DNA of 64,000 nucleotides, taken from Amoebidium appalachense. Its lineage: Eukaryota > Protista > Ichthyosporea. Below the pieces are notes generated by a model. The model was not told the DNA's origin. It searched no databases and was given only the letters and a program-made list of their open reading frames with translations. Positions 49,501 through 59,614 of this stretch are shown piece by piece. Both the position numbers and the translations under genes were made by a program. Where the stretch lies: contig CAVNZM010000012.1 of NCBI GenBank assembly GCA_963693365.1, forward strand, positions 3,348,001-3,412,000, written 5' to 3'. How positions within the stretch are numbered: the first letter of the stretch is position 1; the number at the start of each line of letters is the position of its first letter.

Positions 49501-51258
49501 TTCTGGCCATCAATGCTGCTGTTCAAAACGTCATCTGGCACCGTGATCTCCTCCGTGAACTCGGCTACCCGATGACCGACCCCACCCCCGTCTACTGTGA
49601 CAACCAGTCCACCATTGCCCTCCTGCACACCAACAGCATCAAGCACCGGACCAAACACATTGCAGTCCGTTACCACAACACGAAGGACTACATCAAGAGT
49701 GGGGATGTGGTCGTCACCTACGTGTCCAGCAAAGACAACGTGGCTGACATCTTCACCAAGCCCCTGCCCGGGCCCTCCCACGAGCAACACCGTGATTCAC
49801 TCAGTCTTCGTGACTGAGTGTGCCCCCCCCCCCCCCCCCCCCTCCCCCCCCCCCCCCCCCCCCCCCCCCCGGTTCATCTACAGTGGTCTTCAAGTAGGTT
49901 GGGGCCCTGGCCAGTGGTCTACACATCACCGTGTAGAGACACCTCCCAACGAAAGTCTACTGCTGTCTTCATCGATCTTCAGTGTGTGCATCTTCAGTGG
50001 GGATTTCTTCTCCACCATCCGTCGTTTATTTATATACCACCATATATATAATGCATTTATCATTAGCCACCAACACGTCACACATACACTAGTTGTTTCT
50101 TCTATATATATTTATATATCACGTCATTGGCTACCGTCATCTTCCGAGTCTTCAGAGGCAACCGTCGTTGTGTGCTTCTTCCGTTTTGGTTTTCTTCCCC
50201 GGCTTGCACCTTCAAGTCTTCTCCATTGTCTTCTCGAGTGGGGAAACTTGACTGTGACTTCACGGCACCTACTTCTACATGTGTGAAAGTCTTAACATCA
50301 ACAGTCACATCAACAAACTTCACGAGAACCCAACTTCCAACCCTTGAGTGGGGATGTCATCTTCACTTAATTCTCAGCAAGACTTAGAAGTTGAGTTTGG
50401 TATTTATTTATTAGTTGTTGTAGTTTGTTTCCTTTTCCTTTCTTCATTTCTTTCTTTCTTTTCCGTTTCCGTGTACACGACATCTTAGATCTGTGTACGT
50501 ATCGACATACTTAGCTCGCGCACACGTATTGTCGTTTGCGTCAAAATCTATATATGTCATCCAATCATATCTCGTTTGTATTTTCCCAAATATAGTAACT
50601 TACATTCCTTTCTCATTCCTTTCCCACGACGTAGCATTGTGCTATGTTCTTCAACTATTAGGAATAATTATATTTAGACGTGTTATGATAAGAACATGTA
50701 TAAATATATGTTATGAATTAATAGTTACATAAGTGGTTTCATTTTGTTAAATGTTTCCGTGCTTTTATTAGAAGTTTCTTTCATTAGAGGATTGAGTTTT
50801 ATATTCTATGTGTCGACAGACATTTTAATCGATATATTTTACACTCATAGTTTTCGTCCTTTTGATTGGTTTATCGTTTCACATTCCCAAGTATAAAAGG
50901 GACCTCATCTTGAAATAAATCATAAGCAGTCGTATTCACTTCCTATGGTTCCAGAAATCGTTCCTCCTCTCCGGTTGTGTTTTTCCCGTGTGTCTTTGTG
51001 TTGTGTTTTACATAACACCCATCTGTGCCCTCTGCTTCTCCGTTTACCCACACAAAATAACACAAGGAGACAGCCAAGGAGAGGGCTCGCGAGGAGCTGG
51101 CGTTTGAAGGGCGCGAGCTGGTGCGCCAGAAGGGCACGCGTGCACAAGCCCAAAAGGAAAAGGAAAAACGAAAGGCACAGGAACTGAGAAAACTGGAGTT
51201 TGCCCACCAACAGGAGCAAACGGGTCTGCGTCGCAGTGAAAGGCGTGCACGCCGCTAG
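43549..51258 (+). CDS. Retroviral-type (rve) integrase of the virus; frameshift at ~44385 and C-terminus split by the Copia insertion (resumes 51068-51258)
   Basis: DDE triad in AADLFFM, FTDKGTEF and MVERFHRTLK; also YNDTYHGSIG and FEK...NWS. Confidence 0.92.
44667..51062 (+). mobile_element. Full-length Ty1/Copia LTR retrotransposon
   Basis: 708-bp LTRs at 44667-45374 and 50355-51062 with TG...CA ends and no difference noticed. TSD CAAGG. PBS-like GGTTTACGGCCC. PPT GAGTGGGGA. Confidence 0.97.
45451..49817 (+). CDS. gag-pol: Copia Gag-Pol polyprotein (gag, protease, integrase, RT, RNase H); frame break in C-runs at ~47940-47996
   Basis: Knuckle CSYC...H...C, protease WDSA, LWHNRLGH, RFDSGSEF, NGVVER, HQLDVSTAFL, LYGLKQA, YVDD and YSDADFA, in Copia domain order. 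Confidence 0.96.
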
Positions 51259-51615
51259 GTGTGACCTGTCCATTCTGGAAAAACCATCCGTCTTGAAAAA
51301 AACAGAGACGCCCCACCAACCAGCCACCGCGAAAACTGGCCATTTTGGGATGATTGCGCAAACAGGGGATGCCCCACCAACCAGCGACCGCCAAAACTAG
51401 CCCAATTTGGTCGCCTTCCAAATCAGGCTAATCCTCCATGTGCGGACCCCAGGCCCAGGTCCGGATCAGGCCCGTGCGGGTCGGTTCGGGCCGGCCTGGT
51501 CAGATTTGGGTCGCGTCGACCCGTTAACGACCCGGCCCGACCCGACCCGGGCTAATCTGGACCGGCCCGTGGCCCGCGAAATTTTCACAGCACACAGGTG
51601 CGGGACTGTGTGATC

Positions 51616-52172
51616 ATGGGGCTGGGCAGCCTCTGCGGGGTGTACAAGGTCACACAGGACAAGAGGAAGGCCGGAGTGGACACTGACAAGGTGCAGACAC
51701 CAGCATGGGTGCTGGATGCACTCGAAAAGGAGTTTGGCGCACTCAATGACCCCTGCCCCATCACCTGGCGGGAGGGGGAGGACCCTTGCGCACTCACAGA
51801 CGACGACGTGTGGTCCACCGAGAAAATAAACTATGTCAACCCTCCCTTCTCTGAGATTCCCCCATTTTTACGCATGGCCATACGAATGTACATATCCAAG
51901 CCTTGGGTAGAAAGAGCGTGCTGCTCGTGCCTGCACGCACGGAGGCACGCTGGTTCCATGACCTGGCCTTCAGGTACGCCGCAGAGATACGCATCCTGAG
52001 GGGTAGGATCAAGTTTGAGGGGTTCAAGAGGCCATCGCCAGAGGGCGTGTGCCTGCTTTTGTTCACAGAGCCTCAGCCTGTCGGTGGCCCGCGTGTAGTG
52101 TCGTGGATGCCTGAGGCATACGGTAACCCGCGCAGCTCAAAGGCAGGGGCCGTGTTGGGGCTGGATTTCTAG
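51616..52172 (+). CDS. Phage-type DNA N6-adenine methyltransferase; frameshift at ~51900
   Basis: QTP.W, DPCP, YVNPPFS, VLLVPARTEARWFH and IRILRGRIKF match the phage Dam-like family pattern. Confidence 0.85.
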
Positions 52173-52247
52173 CTTAATTACTAAGATCTACTAGTAGGGT
52201 CTAGATCTAAAAAATGTGTGTTAGAGTGTATGTAGTGCGTGCACACC

Positions 52248-52511
52248 ATGGCCAACACCTACCAAATCGTGCTGAACGACCAGTTTCAGCCCCTCACTGC
52301 GCGTACGTCAAACGCCACGCACACAGACTTTAGCTACTATGGCCAGCAGGCGATGGCACAGGCCGTTGCGGACAAGATATGCCCGCACGGTACCCGCCAC
52401 CCCTTCTTCCTCAAACCAAGCACCATGGCAGGGTCTGCAGCAGGCCGATTTGCTCGCCCCAGACCCACCTTTGCGGCACTCAGGCGTGCACATGGCAGGC
52501 CCATGCACTGA
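52248..52511 (+). CDS. Small viral hypothetical protein (87 aa)
   Basis: Preceded by AAAAAATGTG and caccATG. Confidence 0.55.
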   Translation: MANTYQIVLNDQFQPLTARTSNATHTDFSYYGQQAMAQAVADKICPHGTRHPFFLKPSTMAGSAAGRFARPRPTFAALRRAHGRPMH

Positions 52512-52608
52512 CCGTTAGTGTACGTAGTAGGCCATGGCCAAGCGGGCAATTGGCAACCAAAAATAAAAATATTGTGCATGCATAAGTAAACGTGCAAGTC
52601 ACGTCACC

Positions 52609-53190
52609 ATGGGGGTGTCATCGCAAGGCAGGAGCGGCAACACGCGTGTCATCTACGTGCAGAACCGGCCAAACAAGGCCTCAGAGGTAGCCAAGTGGGT
52701 GGGGGCCCTGGCGGGCGGTGCTGCCTTGGGGGCAGGGGGGTACTATGCATGGAAGCACAAGGGGGACATTGCGAGGGGGGTGGGCAACTACATGTACAAC
52801 AAGGCTGCGGATGCTGCCACCTACACTGCAGGAAGGCGGGGGAGGCGGGGGGGGACGGTGTTCAAGGGCCTCAAGGGGGTAGCGCGTGCCACAGGCGATG
52901 CTGCCATGCAGGGCACGCAGCGTGCAGGGCAGGGCGCGCAGAATGGTGCATTCAGTGCGTGGAAGACCCTGAGGAATGGCACGAGGGATGCGGGCAACTA
53001 CCTGCTGCACAACACCCAGGATGCGTTGGGATATGGTCCTTATAACTTGAATGCTGCAGGCACACGCACGGGAAACAGCTACGAGTGGAGAGGGGGTGGA
53101 GGGGGCGGTGCGCAGGTGCTTGTCGGCGGTAAGCCCTACGTCTGGCCGCCAGCCAGGTCGCCAAACGTATCGGGACGCGGCATCCTCTAA
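52609..53190 (+). CDS. Gly/Ala-rich basic viral protein with one hydrophobic segment
   Basis: 193 aa; WVGALAGGAALGAGGYYAW. Confidence 0.6.
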   Translation: MGVSSQGRSGNTRVIYVQNRPNKASEVAKWVGALAGGAALGAGGYYAWKHKGDIARGVGNYMYNKAADAATYTAGRRGRRGGTVFKGLKGVARATGDAAMQGTQRAGQGAQNGAFSAWKTLRNGTRDAGNYLLHNTQDALGYGPYNLNAAGTRTGNSYEWRGGGGGGAQVLVGGKPYVWPPARSPNVSGRGIL

Positions 53191-53475
53191 TGGAACCTTC
53201 CGTTTATGGTAAGTGTGCAGGGAAAAACCGTTGGCGGGCGGTGCGAGCGGCCAATCAAATTTTGTAGAATTTGTTGACTTGCATTCCATTGGCAACTCCC
53301 CTGCGCTCCTATTGGACGCCTAGGGCAACAGGAGTCACCGAATTTTGGAGCACGGTAGCATGTGTGCACCGGAGGGCACAAAAGCCACCTGCAAACGTTC
53401 CTTCTTCAAACACTTTTTCTTATATTCTAAGCCACTCTAGCCTGGTCTTTTTGCAAGCAGCGAACTTTGGAAACC

Positions 53476-54621
53476 ATGGCAGACCTCTCCTTCCTGCCCC
53501 CTCTAGATCTAGACGATGCTGATGTTCTTGCTGCCGCCGCAGCAACCATTTCTGTGCCAGCCCGCAGGCCTCCTCCTGGCCGCACCTTCTCCTGGCATCT
53601 CAAAGATTTGGATCTTGACACTGTTCTGCTTCAACCCTTCTACGCATCCTACCGCACGCTTGCTGAGGGGTATGCAGCACAGCCCAGTGTTTCCGCCAAC
53701 GCAGCGTCCTTCCTCCTCTCCGCCAAGAAAGGTGACTTCTTCGCTGGCTATGATGCAGGGGGCGAAGTCTACTTCCAAAAACGCTTCACGGGTCTAGATG
53801 ACTTTGATGGGGCATGGCTCCCTGAGATGCTGGTGCGTGGTACCATCTCTGAGCCTGCAGAACTGGCTGAACTGCACGGCAAGTCGCTTTTGGCAACACT
53901 CGCGTGCCGCAACGCCCTCATGCTCAAGGGGGTGGCTGCTGCTGTGGTAGACATCCTCCTACCGCAGTTCACAGAGCATGAGAGATCCACTAGGCACAAG
54001 GTAGAGACAGACCCTCAGTTGGTTGGCGACTACATGCAGAGGTACCTGGAGGAGATAGAGGCCAACTGGGAGCCCATCGTCGGGATGTGCAAGGCAGGAC
54101 TCACTCCCCACAGGGAGAGAGAGGTGGCCCGCCACCTGGCTCGTGTTGTTGCTGGCTTCCTGCAGACCATGGTGGCCACTGCAAAGGCAGCCAAGTTGAA
54201 GTCCACGCCCCTCTTCAAAGGGGTCGCCATGGATGTCCTCCATGACATGCAGGCATTGCTGCGTGGGGTTGCGAATGAGCGTATGTATGGTGCAGGTGAG
54301 AAGATTGTGTTTGCAGGGCTGATCAAGAAAAACATCCACAAGGAGGCACCATCACGGCGCAAGTCCGGCACGTTCATCGACATTGCCCCCAAGGAGAAGG
54401 AAAACCTTGCCCCCCTCCGCAGCAGCAGCACCAACAGCAACACCCCCTACAACAACAACAACAACATCATGACGGTCGGTGCCCCCTACTTCTACGGTAG
54501 GACCCGGGTGCCTAACTTACTCCGTACCTCAGCGGCACCGCCCCCTCAAGACTGTGAACCAAGGCTACATGGGCTAGTGCACAGGATAGGGGGGCTGTGC
54601 CCTAAACTTTGCCATTTTTAA
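53476..54621 (+). CDS. Intronless hypothetical protein, possibly viral
   Basis: ~380-aa ORF with coding-like codon bias; no family recognised. Confidence 0.6.
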   Translation: MADLSFLPPLDLDDADVLAAAAATISVPARRPPPGRTFSWHLKDLDLDTVLLQPFYASYRTLAEGYAAQPSVSANAASFLLSAKKGDFFAGYDAGGEVYFQKRFTGLDDFDGAWLPEMLVRGTISEPAELAELHGKSLLATLACRNALMLKGVAAAVVDILLPQFTEHERSTRHKVETDPQLVGDYMQRYLEEIEANWEPIVGMCKAGLTPHREREVARHLARVVAGFLQTMVATAKAAKLKSTPLFKGVAMDVLHDMQALLRGVANERMYGAGEKIVFAGLIKKNIHKEAPSRRKSGTFIDIAPKEKENLAPLRSSSTNSNTPYNNNNNIMTVGAPYFYGRTRVPNLLRTSAAPPPQDCEPRLHGLVHRIGGLCPKLCHF

Positions 54622-54705
54622 TTTTTTTTAGTAAAGTACCTTAAAGTTTGAGCATGCCATGGCCTCATTAACATAGACACCGTTGTGATTTGTGTATACA
54701 TAGTG

Positions 54706-55116
54706 GGCAGTGCCCTTTATTTTCACGTTTTTTTTTCTTCTTCTTTTATACCAAGAATTGAACCGACGGCAAAAATAAACTTTTGTTTTTTTACGAAAGT
54801 TCCAAGAAAAAAACAGAGCACAAGCTGAAGACTACCATGGTGCATTGCACACGTGTGCCTGCACGTGTGCGTGTGTGTGCATGTGTGTGCATGTGTGTGC
54901 TTGTGTGTGCCAAAACACTCTAACAAAAATCTATGAAGATTTTAACGATAAAAAATAAAAAAACTTTGTGATCTGTGGATGCATTGGGCGGAGCCCTTTA
55001 TTTTCACGTTTTTTTTTTTTTTTCTACAAAAGAAAACCGACGGCAAAAAGATCCAAGGAAAAAAAACAGAGCACAAGTTGAAGACTACTATGGTGCATTG
55101 CACACGTGTGCCTGCA

Positions 55117-55175
<59 letters not shown>

Positions 55176-55250
55176 ATGTGTGTGTGTGTGTGTGTGTGTG
55201 CCAAAAAGGCTCTAACGAAAATCTATGAAATTTTTAATGAAAAATAAAAA
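54706..55250. repeat. Diverged ~270-280 bp tandem duplication containing (TG)n
   Basis: gccctttattttcacg...cagagcacaag.tgaagactac.atggtgcattgcacacgtgtgcctgc...aatctatgaa occurs twice. Confidence 0.8.
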
Positions 55251-55334
55251 TAAAAACAAAAATAAAAATAAAAAACCAAAGGCAACCAACAGTCACCCTA
55301 CCACACCCTTCTACGTGTGCATGCATGCGTGCAC

Positions 55335-55454
<120 letters not shown>

Positions 55455-55835
55455 GTGGTGTAACTTCTAAGTGTTGCTACCTAAAAGTGCGAAAAGAGAT
55501 GATTGTGAAAATGTTTAAGAGTTTTTTCTAAGTTATTTCTTCACAAAAAAACGAACGAAAACGAGACGAGACTGAGAGAGCTGACAGCTGATAGAGTGCA
55601 CATGGGAGAAAAAAGTGTATACGTAATATTACGTAACATTCAATTTCGCTTGATTTCATTGGCTCATAAGTTACGCAAAGTTCAAGTTGGCGCAATCATT
55701 TACTCTCTCACTCATGTACGTACTAAGTCAACTCAGTCGCGGCGGCACACAGTGTTTTTTTTTTTTTTGGGAAGAAGTTTATTTCGTGGCATCACCCGGA
55801 GGTAAAGAGATTCTGAATAAACAGACATGTGCCTA

Positions 55836-56753
55836 TTACATCCTGAGCATTTTGGCCTTGTCCTCCCCAGGCATGGGCGTGCCAGCACGCTTAGCCTGCC
55901 CCATGTCTACATCACCCCCCTCCCCCTCACTACCCGCACCATCACTGACCAACTCCATCAGACCGTCTAAATCAAACACCTGAACCTTGCGGGCAACGAG
56001 CTTGGTGCGCACAGTGTTGTTTTTCTTGTTGTAGATGACACTGGTGGCGGCAGCAGACACCCATGCAGTAACCTCACGGCACTTGGCACGCTGGGAGTTC
56101 ATAAACTCCACAAACTCATCCACAGAGGCCGCGTTGTTGCCCAGCTTGAAGAGGCAGGGGTTGCGGCCAGTGGGGTTGGGGAGCTCCACCGTCACGTTGA
56201 AGTAGGTGTCGCCCAGTGCCCCCTCCATGTCCGCCTTGCTGACGGGGTTGGCACCCAGCACCTCGTACAGGTTGGGGCTGTGTCTGGACCACAGGCTGCT
56301 GCTGGTCTTGACGGCAACGGTGTCCAGATCGACATCCTTGAGCATCTCGTGGTCCTTGTGCATCCACAGCACGTCCTTGGCCATGCTGCACACGTAGGGC
56401 CACAGGCCAACGGCGTAGGCCACCTCAAAGGGCTCAGGGTGGCGCTGGGACTTGATCTTGATTGTGGTTTTGTCGTAGGCAGACAGGTGGGTGCCCAGTT
56501 CAATCAACATCTGCCCGTTGATGTTGATGTTGGGCAGGTTGTACAGCTGCACCACCAGCACGTCGTTCATGACCCAGGGTGCACCCATGGTGGCCTTGCC
56601 CACACCATTGAGGAACACCTCCTTGTACAGCACCATCTTGGCCCCCTCAACGCTGCTGTTGATGTTTTCTTTGCCACTGCTTGCCGCGGCGATGCTGGTC
56701 CTTTTGACGGTGGACAGACCAGTCATTTGACGCAGCAGGGTTGGCTTGACCAT
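55836..56753 (-). CDS. Intronless hypothetical protein, candidate OB-fold ssDNA-binding protein
   Basis: 305 aa; beta-strand-like C-terminal pattern followed by an acidic tail. Function is speculative. Confidence 0.55.
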   Translation of the reverse strand: MVKPTLLRQMTGLSTVKRTSIAAASSGKENINSSVEGAKMVLYKEVFLNGVGKATMGAPWVMNDVLVVQLYNLPNININGQMLIELGTHLSAYDKTTIKIKSQRHPEPFEVAYAVGLWPYVCSMAKDVLWMHKDHEMLKDVDLDTVAVKTSSSLWSRHSPNLYEVLGANPVSKADMEGALGDTYFNVTVELPNPTGRNPCLFKLGNNAASVDEFVEFMNSQRAKCREVTAWVSAAATSVIYNKKNNTVRTKLVARKVQVFDLDGLMELVSDGAGSEGEGGDVDMGQAKRAGTPMPGEDKAKMLRM

Positions 56754-56913
56754 TTTGCTGTTGCTTGGGGGGTGTGGTGAACGTTACTGTGGTGTGCACC
56801 TCGACTGTGACTGTCTGGCTCATGTTTGGTTGGTGAGATGTTGCCTGTGTGCGGCTGTTTATGTACACGGTGGTAGGATGCAGGGTGCGTTTCTGGCCAA
56901 TGAGGACCGTAAT

Positions 56914-58525
56914 TGTGATGCCAATATGATTGGCTTAGCCGATCTATCCAGTTAATCCGGCTAGGTGACCAATGCGGGCAGAGCCCGACTCGGCGCAGCA
57001 GGCATAAAAACGGAGCAACAGGCTTGAAGCCAGAGGTTCCTTCCACAACCAAACTCTCGTCTTTGTTCCACTCTTCTTCTCCCACTCTCCAACGATTACA
57101 ACTTCACATGGTAGCAGAGAGGTCTTTCCTCCTCGAAGGCTTCATTGCCTCGAGCCCTTCTCTGGACATCACCAAGCCATCAGCACGCTATGGGCCCCGT
57201 GCTGCGCTACAACTCTGCTACGCTGCCCTGCTGAGCGCTCTTCTTCTACGCCTGGCTTCTCTTCTGTCTGCACCAGGTCCCGCGCCAGCCCCAGACTGCA
57301 GCCCTACACAAGGAAAGTTTTTCGTTTCTCTCCAGCCCATGTTGCATGTCTGCACATCAGATGCGTGCACATCGTTTTTTCAAAGATCTTCAAAAGTCAA
57401 GCTTTATCAAAAACCGAGAACATGCCATTCATTCATGCTCTTGCTGCACTTTTTACATTTTCCCCACCATTTTCATGTTTTGCCATGACCATCACTAAAT
57501 CAATCATTCATCCGATCAGTTCAATCAATTGACGATCAACCATCAGTGCAATCATTTTCGAAGACATCGCAAATCACTACAATGCACGGATACCAACCAA
57601 CAGTTGTTAACAACCGGCCACCCCCCTTCTTTTTTTCCACCTCTATAACCCGTTTATTTCAACTTCTAAGAAACCTTTACCTCTTACACTGGGCTGGCGG
57701 AACGTGGTTTAGGGGCACAAACAAACAACGACGACTCTAACAGCCCGGTTGGAACCCCACGTCGACTCTGCCCTCGGTGCTTTCCCTTTGCAACAACATA
57801 ACACAACTAACCAAACCTAACCACACACACAACCACACCTGGAAACACCTGTTTCCGTCAACATCCCTTCTGGCCCTATTCAGTATCAACAACCAAGGTT
57901 CACAACATAAACACTTCTAACCACTGACTTTCCCTAGTTCACACACCCCAACCACCACGGCAAGAGCAACTACAACATCGTCCCATTGCCAGCAACAAGG
58001 ACGAGGACGGTCACTGGAGCAACTCTGGAGACAACACTATTAGAAAACCTGGCTCCTATACCTGTGACCCCTCCCTAGAAAAAGACTAGTTGGCACAGGG
58101 AAAATGGAACGCTGAAAGGCCTTTTGGAGGTTTTACCGAGTAAGCAACCGTTATGCACATGCCAGTGTGCCCACCTTTATTGCACGTACATGCAGACCGT
58201 AACTCAGCCTGCATGCATGTATGAGTGCTATGTAACTATTTATAATTTTTTTCAACAACCAACAAAACGTTTATATGTAGACTTTGCTTTACTGTCAAGC
58301 TCGGGGACGAGCTTGCTTGACCCCGTACCATGTGATGCCAATATGATTAGCTTAGCCGATCTATCCAGTTAATCCGGCTAGGTGACCAATGCGGGCAGAG
58401 CCCGACTCGGCGCAGCAGGCATAAAAACGGAGCAACAGGCTTGAAGCCAGAGGTTCCTTCCACAACCAAACTCTCGTCTTTGTTCCACTCTTCTTCTCCC
58501 ACTCTCCAACGATTACAACTTCACA
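56914..58525 (+). mobile_element. Non-autonomous LTR element with a non-coding interior
   Basis: 195-bp LTRs at 56914-57108 and 58331-58525 with TG...CA ends and one mismatch seen. TSD TAAT. PBS TGGTAGCAGAG. Confidence 0.92.
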
Positions 58526-58977
58526 TAATCCCTGTTCCCTGTGCCCTCATTGGACACCTAGAACCACATGTGCCAGTCTAGATTCCGATTGGACGCCTTG
58601 TGCGGCAATTTGCTTTTTTGAGCCGAATTATCATTGGCCGCCCTGCGCATCCGTAATACCATTGGACGCCTTGTACATGGAATTCAGAATTCGAATTCCC
58701 ATTGGACGCCTTGCGCAAACCTTCGCATTCCTTTGATCCGCACTTGTGTACGCACCACATGTACGCGTACACGTACGCGTACACGTGACACGCCCTCTCT
58801 CTCTTTAATTGTTTAATCATTTAATTAAAACCACGTGCTCTGCACGTGTTTTACACACACACAGTGTGTGTGCACGTGCTCATGTACATATATCCACCCA
58901 TATCACATATATGATATCCCATATCGCGATATGTGTACACAGATATCACATATCTCATATTCACATATCCCATATCC

Positions 58978-59048
58978 TAAGGGGTGCGGGACCGCGTGAA
59001 TGTGACGTCACTTGTGACGTCACCATTCACGGGGTGCCGCGCCCCTTA
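58978..59048. other. 71-bp near-perfect hairpin containing two TGACGTCA sites
   Basis: taaggggtgcgg...gtgaatgtgacgtcac-tt-gtgacgtcaccattcac...ccgcgcccctta. Confidence 0.85.
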
Positions 59049-59614
59049 TTGTAGTATATATATCACACGAATATAAATAATACGAGAGCCATATTGGGAC
59101 CCCTTCCTGACTCGCACGCACGCGAGTATACGTCGCGTTGAGGATGTACTTCATCAACCAACAATTAACATAACAACGAGTACACAGACCTGCCCGGGTG
59201 TACATACACGTCTGGGTGTTCACATCTTCCCCCACACATGACCTTTCTACGTAAACCGGGGATAGGCCTCGAGTAAACAGCGTTAACGTTATAACTTAAC
59301 CGTCGGAACGTATGGCAACGGTGTCCGAAATATGTCCACCATATCGCCAACCTCACCGATCCGCCGAGAATCGATCCAATCACATTATGTACACCATGGG
59401 AATCCGCTTCTGATAGCAAATAGTGATTGGCTAAACCCAATCCGGTTTGCAATTTTTTGTCCGTTTAAGCCTGTACGCACGTTGTTTGCTCCATTTCTCT
59501 TACCCCTTCCCGCAGGTCCGCAGGTCCTTTCCCGCAGGTCGCCTGGTCGCAGGTCCCTTCCCGCAGGTCGCCTGGTCGCAGTTCCCCTTCCCGCAGGGCG
59601 CCTGGTCACAGGTC

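Larger units (their letters stand above)
22530..53190. mobile_element. Endogenous Polinton-like virus (pPolB + rve integrase + capsid module); termini not identified
   Basis: Dense, intronless gene array with pPolB, MCP, packaging ATPase, minor capsid, integrase and MTase. The left end is truncated within polB. The right end may extend to ~59 kb. Confidence 0.9.
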
